A stretch of 64,000 nucleotides of DNA from Sedimentisphaerales bacterium (GTDB taxonomy: Bacteria > Planctomycetota > Phycisphaerae > Sedimentisphaerales > SM23-30), in the NCBI GenBank assembly GCA_963666285.1, contig OY762711.1; one strand, given 5' to 3'. Shown one piece after another: positions 61,886-64,000 of the stretch. The notes below the pieces were generated by a model. The model saw nothing but the letters and a program-made list of their open reading frames with translations. It had not been told where the DNA came from and did no database searches. The position numbers were made by a program, and so were the translations under genes. How positions within the stretch are numbered: the first letter of the stretch is position 1; every line of letters starts with the position of its first letter.

Positions 61886-63757
61886 TTACTTCCTTTCTTC
61901 TATTAGTTTACCGGCAACCAGGTTGACTTTGTATTCTTTCCTGCCGGGTTGGTAATCGATTTCTGCTGACACATCTTCATATTTGTTTCTATCGTATTCG
62001 GCATCTATTCCGTAAAACCAGCTTTCAGACAACTGAACTTCTACTGCAGCATTGGCATTTGCCGGTGCTTCAATTTCAAACCGGCCCTCTGCGTCTGTAT
62101 GAGAAATATTTCGATATCTTTTACCGTCAACAACCAGGTTTACAAATCTGCCACCTAGCTTTTTACCGGTTTGTGTTTCCAAAACTCCACTAATCTTAAT
62201 TTCTTTCTTGTACAGCTTAACCTGTATATCTTTTGAACTAAAGGGAACATCTTCTTTCATAGAAATTAGATCTTTTAGGTATCCATTTTTATTTGAAAAT
62301 ACTCTTATCTCCATTTTATTTCTGAACTGAGGAATGTATAAAATGTCAAACCTGCCATTAAGATCAGTTTTGACATTGCAATACCGTTTATATGTTTCAT
62401 AATCAATCTGTTTATTCAGATGCCAGCCTTGATAATAATATTTAGTATTTCCATTTTTAATACCATTTCCTTCTCCATCCAGCGGTTTAACAAACACATC
62501 AACCTCTACATCCGGTACCGGTTTTCCGTCAGTATCCACTATTGTCCCTGTTATTCTGCCAGCCTGCTCCATTACCATTACAATATCTCTTGCATCAATG
62601 AGGGAAAAAGCACCTTTGACATTGCCAACCTTACCCGGCGACTTAATATCTTCACTGGTTGAAAGTACAACCCAGCCGACTTCATTATTGCCTTCTTTAT
62701 AAGCCCTCAGCAAAACAGGTAAAGCTGCTTGTTTACCCATATCGGCTACTGTAATTGGCGGCAAGGTATAAAAGAACCTACCATATTGATCGGTGATGTA
62801 TTTCTTCGGCCCTCGTAAAGCTGCCGGACCGCTACCCTCCAGAACCTCAACTATTGCTCCCTCTACAGGATTGCCGTCAGAATCGATTACCTTTCCAGAT
62901 ACACTGCCGCCTTCCTCTCTTTCCATTTCTTTGTAATCCTCTAAATAGTCAGGATAGAATATTTCTTCTGGTATCAGATCATAGTTTGCATCAATATTTA
63001 CACTGACATCCAGTCCGTTACCATTTATTATTTTCACATTAATATTCAATGGCCGCATAGTTTTCGGGTCAACAACAGCCTGCCCGCTGCCAGTTGATGT
63101 TTTACGCGTATTCTCTGTATACTCAAAGGAATAACTTAAATCAAAGATCATCTTTTCTTTGGTACTATCTTCTTTGTTATGAACTGCGGTCAGGCCTTCA
63201 ACTTCTTTGATATCACCATTATTATTAAACAAGCCAAAAAACCTGATGAAACTTTTATCTGCAACAGGTTCAAAAGTATTTTTTGAAGGCGAATAGCGAT
63301 ACGTCTTTTTTTCGTGATTTATCAGAAGAAAATCGATACCGTTATCTATTTCAGTCGAATCATCCTCATCATGACGATAATGATCGGGCAGACGGAACCA
63401 CATCTTTTCAGTTTCCGGGTCTTCGCCATCCATAACCCGGGTTACCACAATAGACACACTCTCAGATGCATAAAGATTTTTTACAATATTCGCCCAGGCA
63501 GTTGTCGCACCATCAGGCGAAACGCCGCTTTTGTTCAAACCGACAAACAAAGCCAATAAAATAATTGCCGCTATTGCCGGCGGTAATAATCTAACAGGTT
63601 TTTCCATGATCATATTCCATATTCTATTGCCGGACTTCTGTCTCGATTGGCTTTTATGCAAAGCGATAGCCTCGGTTAAAACCTCGTCGCGCAGTTCCGG
63701 GCGTGGTTCAATATTAAGTTCAGATATAAGTATTTTCATCTCTTTTGGCGATCTCAT
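61886..63757 (-). CDS. Putative anti-sigma factor with LolA-like and carboxypeptidase-regulatory-like domains
   Basis: ATGA overlap with the upstream ECF sigma; TM; G.V.D.DG.PV.GA.V and TD..GRF repeats. Confidence 0.7.
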   Translation of the reverse strand: MRSPKEMKILISELNIEPRPELRDEVLTEAIALHKSQSRQKSGNRIWNMIMEKPVRLLPPAIAAIILLALFVGLNKSGVSPDGATTAWANIVKNLYASESVSIVVTRVMDGEDPETEKMWFRLPDHYRHDEDDSTEIDNGIDFLLINHEKKTYRYSPSKNTFEPVADKSFIRFFGLFNNNGDIKEVEGLTAVHNKEDSTKEKMIFDLSYSFEYTENTRKTSTGSGQAVVDPKTMRPLNINVKIINGNGLDVSVNIDANYDLIPEEIFYPDYLEDYKEMEREEGGSVSGKVIDSDGNPVEGAIVEVLEGSGPAALRGPKKYITDQYGRFFYTLPPITVADMGKQAALPVLLRAYKEGNNEVGWVVLSTSEDIKSPGKVGNVKGAFSLIDARDIVMVMEQAGRITGTIVDTDGKPVPDVEVDVFVKPLDGEGNGIKNGNTKYYYQGWHLNKQIDYETYKRYCNVKTDLNGRFDILYIPQFRNKMEIRVFSNKNGYLKDLISMKEDVPFSSKDIQVKLYKKEIKISGVLETQTGKKLGGRFVNLVVDGKRYRNISHTDAEGRFEIEAPANANAAVEVQLSESWFYGIDAEYDRNKYEDVSAEIDYQPGRKEYKVNLVAGKLIEERK

Positions 63758-64000
63758 AGTATCACCTCGCAATCTACTAACGATCTGAGTTTATCTATGC
63801 CGTAACGATAACGGCTCCGAACTGTATTGACCGAAGTGTTACGGAATTGGGCGATCTGGGTAAATTTCATCCCGCCGTGAATATGCAGGATAATAATTTC
63901 CCGCTGCTCGTACGGCAACTGTGCTAATGCCGCATTGATAATAGCATTTTTCTCGTTTTGGATCGCTGACGCCGCCGGATTAACAGAATCGGCTTCAAAC
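63754..64000 (-). CDS. ECF sigma factor (3' part; 5' end outside the window)
   Basis: ALAQLPYEQREIIILHIHGGMKFTQIA..SVNTVRSRYRYGIDKLRS; stop TGA at 63754-63756. Confidence 0.88.
   Translation of the reverse strand, partial: FEADSVNPAASAIQNEKNAIINAALAQLPYEQREIIILHIHGGMKFTQIAQFRNTSVNTVRSRYRYGIDKLRSLVDCEVIL

Overview
A 64-kb chromosomal window of moderate to low GC. It most likely comes from a Planctomycetota member (Phycisphaerae/Sedimentisphaerales-like); this is inferred from ECF sigma/FecR pairs and from secreted proteins with dockerin-like, LamG, GLUG, PASTA and PEP-CTERM modules. Housekeeping genes (isocitrate-type dehydrogenase, rny, ymdB, ilvB/ilvN, a CapD/PglF-type dehydratase, an AsmA-like protein) are mixed with accessory blocks. 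These are three tandem RimJ/RimL GNATs, a large secreted beta-helix protein followed by a mosaic array of four PEP-CTERM paralogues, a low-GC radical SAM/SPASM + small membrane protein + signal peptidase I unit, vapBC, the mobile mystery A/B pair and an orphan DNA methyltransferase. The PEP-CTERM array carries poly-G tracts and an orphan C-terminal cassette. The non-coding sequence is unusually rich. It holds a 6S-RNA-like hairpin upstream of rny, a three-way-junction leader upstream of ilvB, a promoter-to-terminator sRNA candidate behind a LuxR gene, and an unassigned, highly structured ~350-nt GC-rich RNA candidate at 61461-61818. No rRNA, tRNA, CRISPR array or transposase was seen. All structure and family calls were made by eye and need confirmation.
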